Shown: positions 28,064 to 38,311 of the stretch, piece after piece
Numbering within the stretch: the first letter of the stretch is position 1
Layout: each line of letters begins with the position of its first letter
Source: Sashavirus BDX09P1
Sequence record: OZ035775.1
Reading direction: 5' to 3' (one strand)
DNA length: 58,371 nt
Made by a program: the position numbers and the translations under genes
Notes under the pieces: generated by a model
Databases searched by the model: none
Told to the model about the DNA's origin: nothing
What the model saw: the letters and a program-made list of their open reading frames with translations, nothing else

Positions 28064-28317
28064 CATTTATGTAGTCGAGGATTGCAGGAGAGTATTTAAA
28101 CCACTCTGTAGCACCGTCAAAACCTTTAAGACGCGCGTTAAGTTCGTGATAGACCTTGTGTACCTCTTGTTCCAGTTTATACGCGTCGGCGCCTTGTGGG
28201 AACGGATACGACACGAGTTTAACCACGGGGTGTGGAGTTCGTCGTTGTAGTTGTCGTAGTCGCTGTTTTAAGTCGTTTGTAATACCAACTTTAAGCAGAG
28301 TAGGACACTGTTTATCG

Positions 28318-28959
28318 TCAGAACACGTAGAGCGTTCCGTGTTCTGACGGGTTAAAACCTGTTTCAGCGCACTGGGGGCAACCTTGTTTCATTGAAGTGT
28401 GATTGTTCGGAGTTTGTTCAAACACACCGTGTTCTGAACAAATGATTTTTACAAGGGTGGAATTGTTAACATACTCCACCAACGAATAGTCGTAATGGTC
28501 CCCGTGAACTTCGTGAGCACGAGTAATGAATTCTTCGGCGGATGAACGTCTTTGTTCAGACAATTGTTCCCAAGCACATTGTAGGCAACCTGCTTTTTGC
28601 TGCAAGTGACTATATGGACGTTGTTCAAACACTCCATGTATCGGACAGATGATTTTCACAGGAGTACACCGATTAACATACTCCACCAACGAATAGTCGT
28701 AACGGTCCCCGTGAACTTCACGGGCGCGTGTAATAAACTCTTCTGTGGTTAAACGTTGTTGCTTAACTGCACATTGGGGACAACCTCTCCCGCGAACATG
28801 ATTATTAGGAATCTGTTCAAACACACCATGTTCAGGACAGGTGATCTTCACAGGAGTACACCAATTCACATACACCACTAGCGAGTAATCGTATTTGTGC
28901 CCATGAACTTCACGGGCACGTGTGATAAATTCTTCTGTGGTTAAACGTTTCCTACTCAT
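28318..28959 (-). CDS. triple-repeat Cys-containing protein
   Basis: Three ~68-aa repeats each with EEFITRAREVHGD+YDYSLVEYVN...VKIICPEHGVFEQ...GCPQC; no GIY-YIG, HNH or LAGLIDADG catalytic motif seen. Confidence 0.55.
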   Translation of the reverse strand: MSRKRLTTEEFITRAREVHGHKYDYSLVVYVNWCTPVKITCPEHGVFEQIPNNHVRGRGCPQCAVKQQRLTTEEFITRAREVHGDRYDYSLVEYVNRCTPVKIICPIHGVFEQRPYSHLQQKAGCLQCAWEQLSEQRRSSAEEFITRAHEVHGDHYDYSLVEYVNNSTLVKIICSEHGVFEQTPNNHTSMKQGCPQCAETGFNPSEHGTLYVF

Positions 28960-28960
28960 C

Positions 28961-29140
28961 TTATTTGTCGCTTTTTAACACAGCCCAGATTAACGCACCT
29001 AACCAACCGACGAATGTCCAACCCGCAAAGATGTTAAGTAAAATAATTGCTGTTTGTTGTTTATGTTTAATGTTAATCGCGATGAGTGCTGGGATCAGAT
29101 ATACAGCAGCGATTAAGAAAAGAATGATGAAACTAGCCAT
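28961..29140 (-). CDS. small membrane protein, superinfection-immunity-like (59 aa)
   Basis: MASFIILFLIAAVYLIPALIA...NIFAGWTFVGWLGALIWAV; GGAGGG RBS after P9; preferred over antisense track ORF 28965-29147. Confidence 0.45.
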   Translation of the reverse strand: MASFIILFLIAAVYLIPALIAINIKHKQQTAIILLNIFAGWTFVGWLGALIWAVLKSDK

Positions 29141-29170
29141 TTTGTAACCCTCCGTTGTTTTGTTGATTGT

Positions 29171-29212
29171 AGGTTACACACCATTGTGCAATCCGTCAAG
29201 AATTATTTTAAA
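29171..29212 (-). promoter_or_regulatory. sigma70-like promoter P9 (conserved motif copy)
   Basis: Minus strand TTTAAAATAATTC-TTGACG-17-TAACCT. Confidence 0.6.
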
Positions 29213-29274
29213 CATTTGTCGCTTTTTAGACCCGTGTTAAACTGTGTATATGCTTCGTGAAAAGGTTAACCACA

Positions 29275-31842
29275 ATGGCACAGTATCCGATTGATATAAA
29301 AATAGACACTGGTAATGCTGACAGAAATCTTAACAGTCTTAATAACCAGTTAGACCAAACAGCTAATTCTGCAAAATCTGCTGCACAGGCTGCAAACACT
29401 TTATCAAAAAGTGAACAGCAAGCTGCAAAATCTGCACAAGTAATGGCTTCAAATACTGGTAATGCTACATCATCTTTAAAGACGATGGCATCTGGCGTAA
29501 ATCTTGCAACAAACGCCGTTCGTGGTTTTATGGCAATAGGTGCGGTGTCTTCTGCTATTGAGTTAGGAAAAGCGTTTATTGTTGCGGGTGATGCAGCTAA
29601 TCAACTTGAAGCTCGTATTGCAAGATTGACCGGGAGTACATCATCAGCCGAACAAACATTTCAAACACTCGCGGATATTGCCTCTAAAACAGGTGGTGGT
29701 CTTGCTGATACTGAACGTTTATGGGAAACCTTATCATCATCATTAAAGGATAGCGGCGCAACAAACGACCAGATATTACGATTAACTGAAACACTTCAAA
29801 AAATAGGTCGTGTTGGTGGTTCATCTGCTGAAGAAATGTCTAACGCATTACGTCAGTTTGGTCAGTCAATTTCATCTGGTGTAGTTCGTGCAGAAGAATT
29901 TAACAGCATTGTTGAACAGATGCCAGAACTGGCAAGACAGATGGCTGCTGGTTTAGGTATTTCAATGGGTGAGTTACGTCAGCAAATGCTGAATGGTGAA
30001 CTTACAGCGGAACAAGCATTGAACGCTATCATTCGTCAAACGCAAAATGTTGATGAAGAATTTAGCAAATTGCCACGGTCTTTAGATCAGGCCACAAATT
30101 CGTTATCTGTATCGTTAGCCACGTTTGTTGCAAGCGTGAATGATGTGACTGGAGCATCAAATCTTGCTGTAGACGCTATTGATACACTTACATGTTTCAT
30201 CAATAAATTAGGCGATGATTCAACAACAACTGCTGATAAATTGTGGTCAATAGCTGGCGTAATATCTAAGTTACAACCTGGTGCTATCGGAGCATCCCTT
30301 GCCGATCTGGTCTGGTCAAATGATGATGTAAATAATGCAAAAGCGTACAATGACCAGGTTGACAGATTTGTTAAAGCATCTGCTGCTGGATACGAACAAG
30401 CTAAAAAAAACCGTGATGCTACAAAACCTATTTCTATAAAAGGGACAAATGCATCAGACGCGGAAGCACAAAAACAGATTAAAAACCTGAAAGAGCAGAT
30501 CACCTACACCCAGGCGCTTGCTGACGGTAATTATGAACTGGCAGCAAGTCAGAAACTGGGTAACAAAGCAACAAAGGAACAGATTGCAGACTACGCCGCG
30601 TTGTTGAAGCAACAGGCAGAATATAAAGAAAATCAAAAGAACCAGAAGAAATCAGCGAGTGCTGAAGCATCTGCGGCTAAACGTGCACAGAAAGAACTGG
30701 AACGTAATCAGGCTGCTAACCAGAAATACCTGAAAACGCTTCAGGATAAAATCAATGCTGGTAATTATGATGTTCAGTTAGCACGCGAACAGGTTCAGAT
30801 TGCTTTAACACAGGGGTCGTCTGTTGAACAACTTACAGCAACATATCAGAAAGAATATCAGGTACGTCAACAGTTAACGCTGGCATCACAACAAGCAGAA
30901 GCACAGTCACGATTGAATAAAGACGCGACTGATGCTGAACGTGCCGCTGTTGATGCACATGTGGCTGCATTGCAACGTCAACAGCAGGCGCAACAGTTAG
31001 CTGGTCAGGTTTCACAGGTACAAACCGATGTACAGGGTGAGTTAAACCCGTATCAATCACAGGTTGATCAGGTTAATCAGCAGGAAGCACAACGTCTTAC
31101 TGTCATACAACAAGCCCGTGAACAAGATTTAATCAACGAGCAACAATACCAAGATATGAAAACGCAGATTCAACAGGCTGGGGAACAAGCCCGTACGAAT
31201 CTTGCAAATGCTAACTACAGCTTGTTGCTACAATCCAGTGCTGATTTTTTGGGTCAAATGGCTGCTGGTCTGGCACAATCTAAAGGTGAGCAATCAAACG
31301 CGTATAAAGCGATGTTTGCACTCTCTAAAGCCTTTAGTATTGCACAGGCAAGCATTAACCTGTGGACAGCAGTTAGCCAGGCTATGGCGTTGCCGTTCCC
31401 GGCGAATATTCCGTTCATTGCACAGGCTTTGTCATATGGAACAAGCGTGTTAGGTAACATTCAGTCTGTGGCTGCAACAGGTTTTGCAACGGGTGGTTAT
31501 GTTAAAGGTCCGGGTACAGGTCAGAGTGATAGTATAAACGCACGTTTGAGTAATGGTGAGTTTGTCAGTACCAAACAGGCTACCAGTCGTTATCGTAGCA
31601 CTCTGGAAGCAATGAATCGTGGCACATATACACCAGGATCTGAAGGTGGTTCGTCACCTAATATTCAGGTTCATAACTACGGTGGTGAACGTGTTCAGGT
31701 GAAACAAGGATTAACACGAGATGACGTAGTGCTTATCATAGGTGAAGAATTCCCACGACAATCAGCGGCACAATGGAATGACCCGTACAGTCAGACAAAT
31801 AAAGCGTTCAGGTCTAACTATGATGCGAACAGGAAAATATAA
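29275..31842 (+). CDS. tail tape measure protein
   Basis: ~855 aa, Ala/Gln-rich helical repeats, position after G/GT. Confidence 0.8.
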   Translation: MAQYPIDIKIDTGNADRNLNSLNNQLDQTANSAKSAAQAANTLSKSEQQAAKSAQVMASNTGNATSSLKTMASGVNLATNAVRGFMAIGAVSSAIELGKAFIVAGDAANQLEARIARLTGSTSSAEQTFQTLADIASKTGGGLADTERLWETLSSSLKDSGATNDQILRLTETLQKIGRVGGSSAEEMSNALRQFGQSISSGVVRAEEFNSIVEQMPELARQMAAGLGISMGELRQQMLNGELTAEQALNAIIRQTQNVDEEFSKLPRSLDQATNSLSVSLATFVASVNDVTGASNLAVDAIDTLTCFINKLGDDSTTTADKLWSIAGVISKLQPGAIGASLADLVWSNDDVNNAKAYNDQVDRFVKASAAGYEQAKKNRDATKPISIKGTNASDAEAQKQIKNLKEQITYTQALADGNYELAASQKLGNKATKEQIADYAALLKQQAEYKENQKNQKKSASAEASAAKRAQKELERNQAANQKYLKTLQDKINAGNYDVQLAREQVQIALTQGSSVEQLTATYQKEYQVRQQLTLASQQAEAQSRLNKDATDAERAAVDAHVAALQRQQQAQQLAGQVSQVQTDVQGELNPYQSQVDQVNQQEAQRLTVIQQAREQDLINEQQYQDMKTQIQQAGEQARTNLANANYSLLLQSSADFLGQMAAGLAQSKGEQSNAYKAMFALSKAFSIAQASINLWTAVSQAMALPFPANIPFIAQALSYGTSVLGNIQSVAATGFATGGYVKGPGTGQSDSINARLSNGEFVSTKQATSRYRSTLEAMNRGTYTPGSEGGSSPNIQVHNYGGERVQVKQGLTRDDVVLIIGEEFPRQSAAQWNDPYSQTNKAFRSNYDANRKI

Positions 31843-32345
31843 TGAGCAATACAGATGATTTACCACGGCTTGAGTACGGCGCGAAAATGGTGTTACCTGA
31901 GCGTGATAATTACAGTTACAGTCCGCCGTGGGGTGTAACTAAATCTGATATTTCCGGGACGCTATCACGGTTAGGTCGTAGCGCCTTTGGTGGTCCTGCT
32001 CAGGTATCGTGTACAATTCAGTTATACAGTCCTGCAATGCTTCAGTGGTGGGACGATTTTTATAATCTGGAAATCGCTGAAGGTAGTAAGCGGTTTGTGA
32101 TGCAACTGTTTGTGAACGGTTTGATTCAGGAACACGTTGTTCAGATTGTCAGTAACCCGTCGTCCTCTGTTGTAGGATGGAAAGGATCTGTCGATCTACA
32201 GTTGCAAGCTGTTCCTGTAATCGACCGTTGCGCAATGGCATCACGATTGTTAATCACTAAATGCCAGGGTGATTACGCTGCTTGTTATCTTAAAGAAATT
32301 ATTGATACTGGCCTACTCTTAAATAACGCGTGGACACCAGAATGA
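31842..32345 (+). CDS. minor tail protein (gpM-like position)
   Basis: Gene order after tape measure. Confidence 0.45.
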   Translation: MSNTDDLPRLEYGAKMVLPERDNYSYSPPWGVTKSDISGTLSRLGRSAFGGPAQVSCTIQLYSPAMLQWWDDFYNLEIAEGSKRFVMQLFVNGLIQEHVVQIVSNPSSSVVGWKGSVDLQLQAVPVIDRCAMASRLLITKCQGDYAACYLKEIIDTGLLLNNAWTPE

Positions 32346-32848
32346 AAGACGAACTGCGTGAATTATTAACGGTCGCAACAACTGGTAAAGGTGTTGTTGA
32401 CGGTGTGAAACTGAACCATAGTTCATGGCCCAATCCGCTATACATCACCAGTGTTTATCCGGGATTTATCGCTGTACATGAAGACGGTAAGGAATATGAG
32501 TACGAATACGTCCCTATGTCCGTCAAGAAGGCGAATAAACAAAACGATTTATCACAGGATTATTCATTCACCATTCAGGATCTGAATGAAGTTGTCGGTG
32601 TATATCTGGACTTAATTCCGCTTGACAGTAATGAAAAACCATCTGTTGAGTTACGAACGTTTGTTTATCGTGAAGATGGTTCCATGTCTGATATTCAGGA
32701 TGGGCCATATCTTCTGGAATCTGGTGACATTACTACCGAACCACAGGGTTGTACGTTCACAGCATCACCACCTATTACAAACTTCGCCGGGACAGGTGAA
32801 TTATATACGTTTGAACGTTTTCCCACTCTACTGGCGTATGCAACATGA
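32330..32848 (+). CDS. minor tail protein (gpL-like position)
   Basis: Gene order. Confidence 0.45.
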   Translation: MDTRMKDELRELLTVATTGKGVVDGVKLNHSSWPNPLYITSVYPGFIAVHEDGKEYEYEYVPMSVKKANKQNDLSQDYSFTIQDLNEVVGVYLDLIPLDSNEKPSVELRTFVYREDGSMSDIQDGPYLLESGDITTEPQGCTFTASPPITNFAGTGELYTFERFPTLLAYAT

Positions 32849-33204
32849 TCGGTGACCGCTACGATATTGATAAATGGAATTGTACACACGAGGTTAGTCA
32901 GTGGTATCAGGTCCACAATTACCCACACGTATTGAAAACTGTTTCAGGTGATGAATGGGATATTGCGTTTGTCAGATGGATGCGAAAACGTTTTTCACCA
33001 ATCACCGCACCGGAACAAGGCGCGCTTGTACTGATGAAGAACCGATATTCAGGCGGTTTTCATGTTGGCGTGTGGGATTGTGGAATGGTTCATCATTGTT
33101 ATCAGCCACCGGATGATTCACCAGGACAGACAATCAGATCACCTTTAAGTATAATCAAGACAGCACATAAAGAAATCACGTTCTGGAGAATGAAAAGTGT
33201 CTAA
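32845..33204 (+). CDS. tail protein with NlpC/P60-like Cys-His-His pattern (gpK-like)
   Basis: WNCTHEV ... GGFHVGVW ... HHCY spacing. Confidence 0.45.
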   Translation: MIGDRYDIDKWNCTHEVSQWYQVHNYPHVLKTVSGDEWDIAFVRWMRKRFSPITAPEQGALVLMKNRYSGGFHVGVWDCGMVHHCYQPPDDSPGQTIRSPLSIIKTAHKEITFWRMKSV

Positions 33205-35728
33205 AGTCATCTATCACACTAATCCTGTTGAACACGCGGATAACGTTGACTTTGGTGAATGGATGCTGAAACGCTGGCCCGTGGGCACAGTTCGTCCGCG
33301 TGGGTTACTGATTTATAAAAACGACGAAAACATTACCCAGAAATGGGTCACTGACCCCAGCGTATTAACTGATCCTGATGCTGTTTATCACATTTATGAA
33401 TTACCAAAAGGTGGGGTGATTAGTGCAATAACGAAAGTTATTAGCACAATTCTAAACCCCATTTTAAAATTGTTCATGCCGAATACCAGTGCGTCGGATA
33501 ATCTTAAGAATTCACGTTCAGCGTCATCTAACAACGCGCTTCAGGGGCGTACTAATGCTTCACGACCGGGTGAACGTATTTCTGATATTCGTGGTCGTGT
33601 ACTGGCATATCCTGATTTGTTAATGGACTACCGAATCTTCATTGACCGAACAGAATACGAAGTTCAGTTTCTGTGTCTGGGTGCTGGTGAATACGAAGTC
33701 GAAGACGTTCGTGATGGTATTACACCTGCGGTAAATATCAGTGGTGAAAAATTAGACTTTTATAAAAAAGGTAATGCACCAGGGTATGGTTCTCCATATA
33801 TGAATATCGGTGGTGCAATTGATATTAACACTTTTCCGATCATGGTTGCTAAGTCATCGAACGAAGCAGACGGATCTGAAGTCAAGCCACCAAACTATGC
33901 TGATATCAGTAAAGCAAGTTTTAAAGTTTACAGCACTGGTGAAATTGACACTACGATTACCAGTGATGATAACACTACGATTGACTGGTCGGAACGTGCA
34001 CCAATCAGTAGTAAAATTCGTTTATCACAATTTTACAGTTTTACACCTAATACGTTACCGTTAAACACGTATGTACGTAATGACCTGTCCGGTGAATATG
34101 ATGTTATTTATGCAGGTGAGAATACGTTAATCATTGATACTAATGGTCGTGATGGTTGGGATGCTCTGTCTGAAAGTGGTCAGGCTGCGTATACACAGGC
34201 TTACTTGCGAAACGACGGTTACTGGGAATTTGAACCCACTGAAGGAAGCGGAAATTTTTTATACAAATTTTCACCGTCTCTTGACAGTACCACGCCATAT
34301 GTTGTCGGGCCTTATCTGATTGATAGTGCGGATAAGTTGATGATTAACCTTTATGCACAGAATGGCGTGTATAAAACGGACGGTGATGTTTACCCGTTTA
34401 CCTGTAAATTCCAGGTAGTTTTGTCGGACCCGAACGGTGTGAAAGCAAATGTGACACATTCTATGTCTGTCAGTGGTCGCTATACAGAAGCTGTAGGCAG
34501 TTCGTTAATTGTGGACAACCCTTTTGACGGTCCTGTTAACGTGTCTGTAAGACGACTGTCAAATACAGATAAAGATTTCGAAGGGTCTGTTGTTGATAAC
34601 ATTAAGTGGCGCGATTTATACGCTATCACAAACGTTTCCCCGCGTTCCTATGGTGATGTGACATTGATCCATACAGTGACGAAAGCAACAAATGCGGCAC
34701 TGAAACAAAAAGAACGTAAATTAAACATGATTGCAACCCGTGTATATAACGGTGTTGCAAGTAGTAATTTTGCAGACGTTGTAATGTCAATGCACACAGA
34801 TCCTTTATTTGGTCGTCGCACATTGGACACTATTGATCGCGATGCTTTATATGCTGTTAAGGAACAACTTCTTGAATATTTTGGTGACCAACGAGCAATT
34901 GAAGTTGGTTATACATTTGATAATAACAGTACGACGTACGAAGAAGGATTGGACACTATCTGTAACACGGTGAATGTTAAACCATATCAGATCGGTAGTG
35001 TATTGTATTTCTGGCCTGAATTACCACAGGAGCAGTCCGCAATGCAATTCGGTCACGCGTTTAAGATTCCTGACAGTGATAAGCGCACACGTTCTTTTGC
35101 ACCACCTAAAGAATATACGGGTGTTCAGGTTAAATACTTCGATCACAATGAAAAATCATATTTGTATGTAACTAAAGGTGAAGAAACAAACCTTAATAAG
35201 ATAGATCTTGTTGCATGTCAGTCGCGATATCTTGCAAACATCCGTGCTAATCGTGAGATGAATAAATTACGTTATCAACGTGTTACTCACGAGTGCACAG
35301 CGCTTAGTATCGGGTTACAGGCTACCCCGGGTATGCGTGTGGATATGATTGACAATACCCGTATGAAACAACACGAAGGTATTGTAGTTGACGTTGACGG
35401 TTTAACACTTATTCTTAGTGATCCTGTTACGTTCACCACGGGTAATACATACAGTATAACGTTGACACACCGACTGGGAACACTTGAAAACATTCCTGTA
35501 ACTGCCGGGGATGATGAATTTTCAGTGGTAATGGCTTATCAACCGTCTGAAGAAATTTACACGGGGTGGTTACGTGACCGTACCGCATATGTTATCCGTG
35601 CTGATGACGAACGTAGCAAATTAGCAATGCTTGTTCAGAGTATGGAACCGTCAGGAAGGGATAACAATTATCAGGTAGGTTTAACGTGCATCAATTATGA
35701 TGCACGTTATTATCAGGATGATTTATAA
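33197..35728 (+). CDS. tail tip / central fibre protein (J-like)
   Basis: 843 aa, position after K-like gene. Confidence 0.55.
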   Translation: MSKVIYHTNPVEHADNVDFGEWMLKRWPVGTVRPRGLLIYKNDENITQKWVTDPSVLTDPDAVYHIYELPKGGVISAITKVISTILNPILKLFMPNTSASDNLKNSRSASSNNALQGRTNASRPGERISDIRGRVLAYPDLLMDYRIFIDRTEYEVQFLCLGAGEYEVEDVRDGITPAVNISGEKLDFYKKGNAPGYGSPYMNIGGAIDINTFPIMVAKSSNEADGSEVKPPNYADISKASFKVYSTGEIDTTITSDDNTTIDWSERAPISSKIRLSQFYSFTPNTLPLNTYVRNDLSGEYDVIYAGENTLIIDTNGRDGWDALSESGQAAYTQAYLRNDGYWEFEPTEGSGNFLYKFSPSLDSTTPYVVGPYLIDSADKLMINLYAQNGVYKTDGDVYPFTCKFQVVLSDPNGVKANVTHSMSVSGRYTEAVGSSLIVDNPFDGPVNVSVRRLSNTDKDFEGSVVDNIKWRDLYAITNVSPRSYGDVTLIHTVTKATNAALKQKERKLNMIATRVYNGVASSNFADVVMSMHTDPLFGRRTLDTIDRDALYAVKEQLLEYFGDQRAIEVGYTFDNNSTTYEEGLDTICNTVNVKPYQIGSVLYFWPELPQEQSAMQFGHAFKIPDSDKRTRSFAPPKEYTGVQVKYFDHNEKSYLYVTKGEETNLNKIDLVACQSRYLANIRANREMNKLRYQRVTHECTALSIGLQATPGMRVDMIDNTRMKQHEGIVVDVDGLTLILSDPVTFTTGNTYSITLTHRLGTLENIPVTAGDDEFSVVMAYQPSEEIYTGWLRDRTAYVIRADDERSKLAMLVQSMEPSGRDNNYQVGLTCINYDARYYQDDL

Positions 35729-35749
35729 CAAGTTATCTAAGCCGTTGGC

Positions 35750-36145
35750 TTGTTTTTTGTTACAAAATCTGAGCAGTGGAAAGATAAGCAGACAGGAGAA
35801 AAGAAAGAGCAGACTGAATGGCATCGCGTGGTCATCTTCGGTAAACTTGCTGAAGTTGCAAGAGAATACCTTCGCAAAGGTTCGCAGGTTTATATCGAAG
35901 GCCAGCTACGCACTCGTAAATGGTCTGACAGCAACGGCGTAGACCGATATACCACGGAAATTGTCATTCCACAGATGTGGGGTGTGATGCAGATGCTTGG
36001 CGGCAAGCGTGATGATTCTGGTCAGCAACAACCACGCCAGCAATCAGGCCAACAACCGCAACGACAACAGCAGCCACCAAAACAACAAAGCTAGCAAGGA
36101 GGCAATGAGCCTCCGATGGACTTCGACGATCTAATACCCTTCTGA
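35750..36145 (+). pseudogene. ssb: 5'-truncated, frame-broken ssb remnant
   Basis: Translation ...[48 protein letters not shown]...MQMLGG matches the C-terminal half of enterobacterial SSB; the acidic tail PPMDFDDLIPF is encoded in another frame at ~36103-36145; no N-terminal OB-fold half or start codon. Confidence 0.8.
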
Positions 36146-36157
36146 TGATAAAACTAA

Positions 36158-36177
36158 CCCCGCAGAAGCGGGGTTTT
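36158..36177. terminator. hairpin terminator between convergent units
   Basis: CCCCGC-agaa-GCGGGG + TTTT. Confidence 0.6.
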
Positions 36178-36179
36178 GA

Positions 36180-38285
36180 TTATGCACTATTAGCAGGCCT
36201 GTCTAAGTACCATCCGTAGTTTGTTTTAGTCAATTGTATAAGCTCCCCATTTGTTTTGTACTGAGTAACACCATGCGACGTATTGTACATTATTCTGTCA
36301 TTAACAGAAACGCCGGGTGCCTGTTTTACAAGGGTAACTTCTGTAAGTGATGAAAGTGGCAGTATACGTATTGTTTTACCTATATATCCACCGGTTATAT
36401 TAGTGATTAGTGAGCCAGAAGTCGCTGAGTCGAGATAAAATAAATCCACCACATCGGCATTAATGGTTGAAACAACTGAATTTACGGTAGAAGTTGTTGC
36501 AGCGTTTTCCCTTACGAAAGACGATCCGTTCCAGCGGTACATTAACCCATCTGAAAGCCCAATAACCTTCTCATTAACCCTAATATCATGCGCGTAAGTT
36601 TTAGACGTGTCCACTATTTTAAAAGTACCGCAAAATGGAACGGGAATAATAGTCGAGCTAGTTAAACGGTTAACAGTATAAATGGCGTTGTTCACTGTCC
36701 ACTGCCGCCCGTTCCATACACTCATGAAAGCCCCTGACGACAAAAGAACAGTAGAGCTATATCCGGTTTCAACATGCACAGACTCAGACAATAACCCTTT
36801 ATCTTGTGGGTTACTGAAATCGTTAGTGCAATCAAATAGTCTTAAGTTAGCGCGTCCCTCGAATTGGCCTGTAGGACCAATAGGGGCCACAACGAAAAGA
36901 TAATCCTTATCAAAACCATAATCAGGGCCAACGCGTAAGAACGACGCCATACAGTTAGTGGTAGGGAACTGTCCTTTTACAACCCACTTTCCACTAGAAT
37001 CTTGCATTAATAGCTTTTGAATGGCTATTTTGTACGGCTTAGTGGTCGTATCTACTGCGCGCTCAATGGCGAACGGTGTTCCGTCATAGAAGTTTCCAAA
37101 GCCAATTTCGCCGCCAGATGTGCCGAGAGTATCGGTATCAGTGTCTTTTCTAACATCCTCACCGTAGGCGTAGTTACCGCTATCATCAATTGTGATATAC
37201 CCCTCAACTATTCCGGTAGATAGTTGAGTTAAATAATAATAAGGAATTGCAGGCTTGCCGTTTATGTACCCGACTTGTGTAGGTGCAATTGATGAGAAGT
37301 AAGCACCAGATGGTTTAACCAATGGCGTAATATCAACAGGGGTGCTCCATGTATTGCCACCATCCTTTGATACGACATATTCAATAGTTGATGTTGTGTC
37401 AGGGTTAGTTCCTTGTTGTGCATGCCCCCACCCAGTAATCCCCTTCATTGATGTAAAGAAACAATACAAATATCCATCAAGATTATTTAGAAATAGTACC
37501 GTTTCAGAAGTGGCATATCCTGGCCCTTTGTTAACAACAGTTCCAGTGGTCCAGTTCACACCGTTATCATCAGATATTAGGTAATCAATGTGCATAGGTG
37601 TGCCGTCCTGTCCTGGGTCAATATTGGCACCATCCTTCACTGTATATATACATACCACCCGCCCACTTGGAAGTGACACCGCTTTTGGTGCAAAGTTAAA
37701 TACATTCTCTACATAAGTTTGCAACTGTAAGCGCAAATTATTGTTAAAGCTTCTTGAGTATTTATTCCCAAAAGTGAAATTAAATCTATTTTTTGCAAAT
37801 GATTGCCTTTTGTAAAGCTCAAAATCTTTATCCTTGACTGCTCCGTTAACTAAATCAACTCCGTCATCATCAGCCAAGTCACTTCTTAAACTTGCATCAC
37901 CAACACTAACCCACGCGCCAAGACCAACGCCACCAGCAGTTTCAGGTGTTGAACCAGAAGAAACGGTTTTAGGAAATTCACCGTCCCATCGGTAATATTC
38001 TCCTGTCGACTTATATCGCAACACCTGGTTAGGTAATGTTAATGTCGCACCATCTTCAAAGCTATCCATTGTAATATAACCGACCTGAGATATAGCCAGA
38101 TTATACAGATTTTCTAAACCATCCAGTGTTTTGTTAGTAACTGATTCGCCACGGATTGTATCGGTTGCTTCCAGTGCAGGTTTACCGGTAGCGTCACGAC
38201 TTTTCGCAACGTGTTCAATATGTAAAATCGCTTGTTTGCCTGTTTTCAAATCATCAGCACTGATATAATCGTTACAGTTAGCCAT
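36180..38285 (-). CDS. tail fibre / tailspike with sialidase-like Asp-box (BNR) motifs
   Basis: Two S-x-D-x-G-x-x-W motifs (SDDNGVNWT, SKDGGNTWS); ~700 aa; GGAGA RBS at ATG 38285. Confidence 0.6.
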   Translation of the reverse strand: MANCNDYISADDLKTGKQAILHIEHVAKSRDATGKPALEATDTIRGESVTNKTLDGLENLYNLAISQVGYITMDSFEDGATLTLPNQVLRYKSTGEYYRWDGEFPKTVSSGSTPETAGGVGLGAWVSVGDASLRSDLADDDGVDLVNGAVKDKDFELYKRQSFAKNRFNFTFGNKYSRSFNNNLRLQLQTYVENVFNFAPKAVSLPSGRVVCIYTVKDGANIDPGQDGTPMHIDYLISDDNGVNWTTGTVVNKGPGYATSETVLFLNNLDGYLYCFFTSMKGITGWGHAQQGTNPDTTSTIEYVVSKDGGNTWSTPVDITPLVKPSGAYFSSIAPTQVGYINGKPAIPYYYLTQLSTGIVEGYITIDDSGNYAYGEDVRKDTDTDTLGTSGGEIGFGNFYDGTPFAIERAVDTTTKPYKIAIQKLLMQDSSGKWVVKGQFPTTNCMASFLRVGPDYGFDKDYLFVVAPIGPTGQFEGRANLRLFDCTNDFSNPQDKGLLSESVHVETGYSSTVLLSSGAFMSVWNGRQWTVNNAIYTVNRLTSSTIIPVPFCGTFKIVDTSKTYAHDIRVNEKVIGLSDGLMYRWNGSSFVRENAATTSTVNSVVSTINADVVDLFYLDSATSGSLITNITGGYIGKTIRILPLSSLTEVTLVKQAPGVSVNDRIMYNTSHGVTQYKTNGELIQLTKTNYGWYLDRPANSA

Positions 38286-38311
38286 CTTTAAGTCTCCAGG
38301 AGTGTAGAACA

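Noticed and set aside
28965-29147. Plus-strand 60-aa track ORF
   Set aside because: Antisense to a better minus-strand gene with a strong RBS, a dedicated promoter and a recognisable membrane-protein motif.
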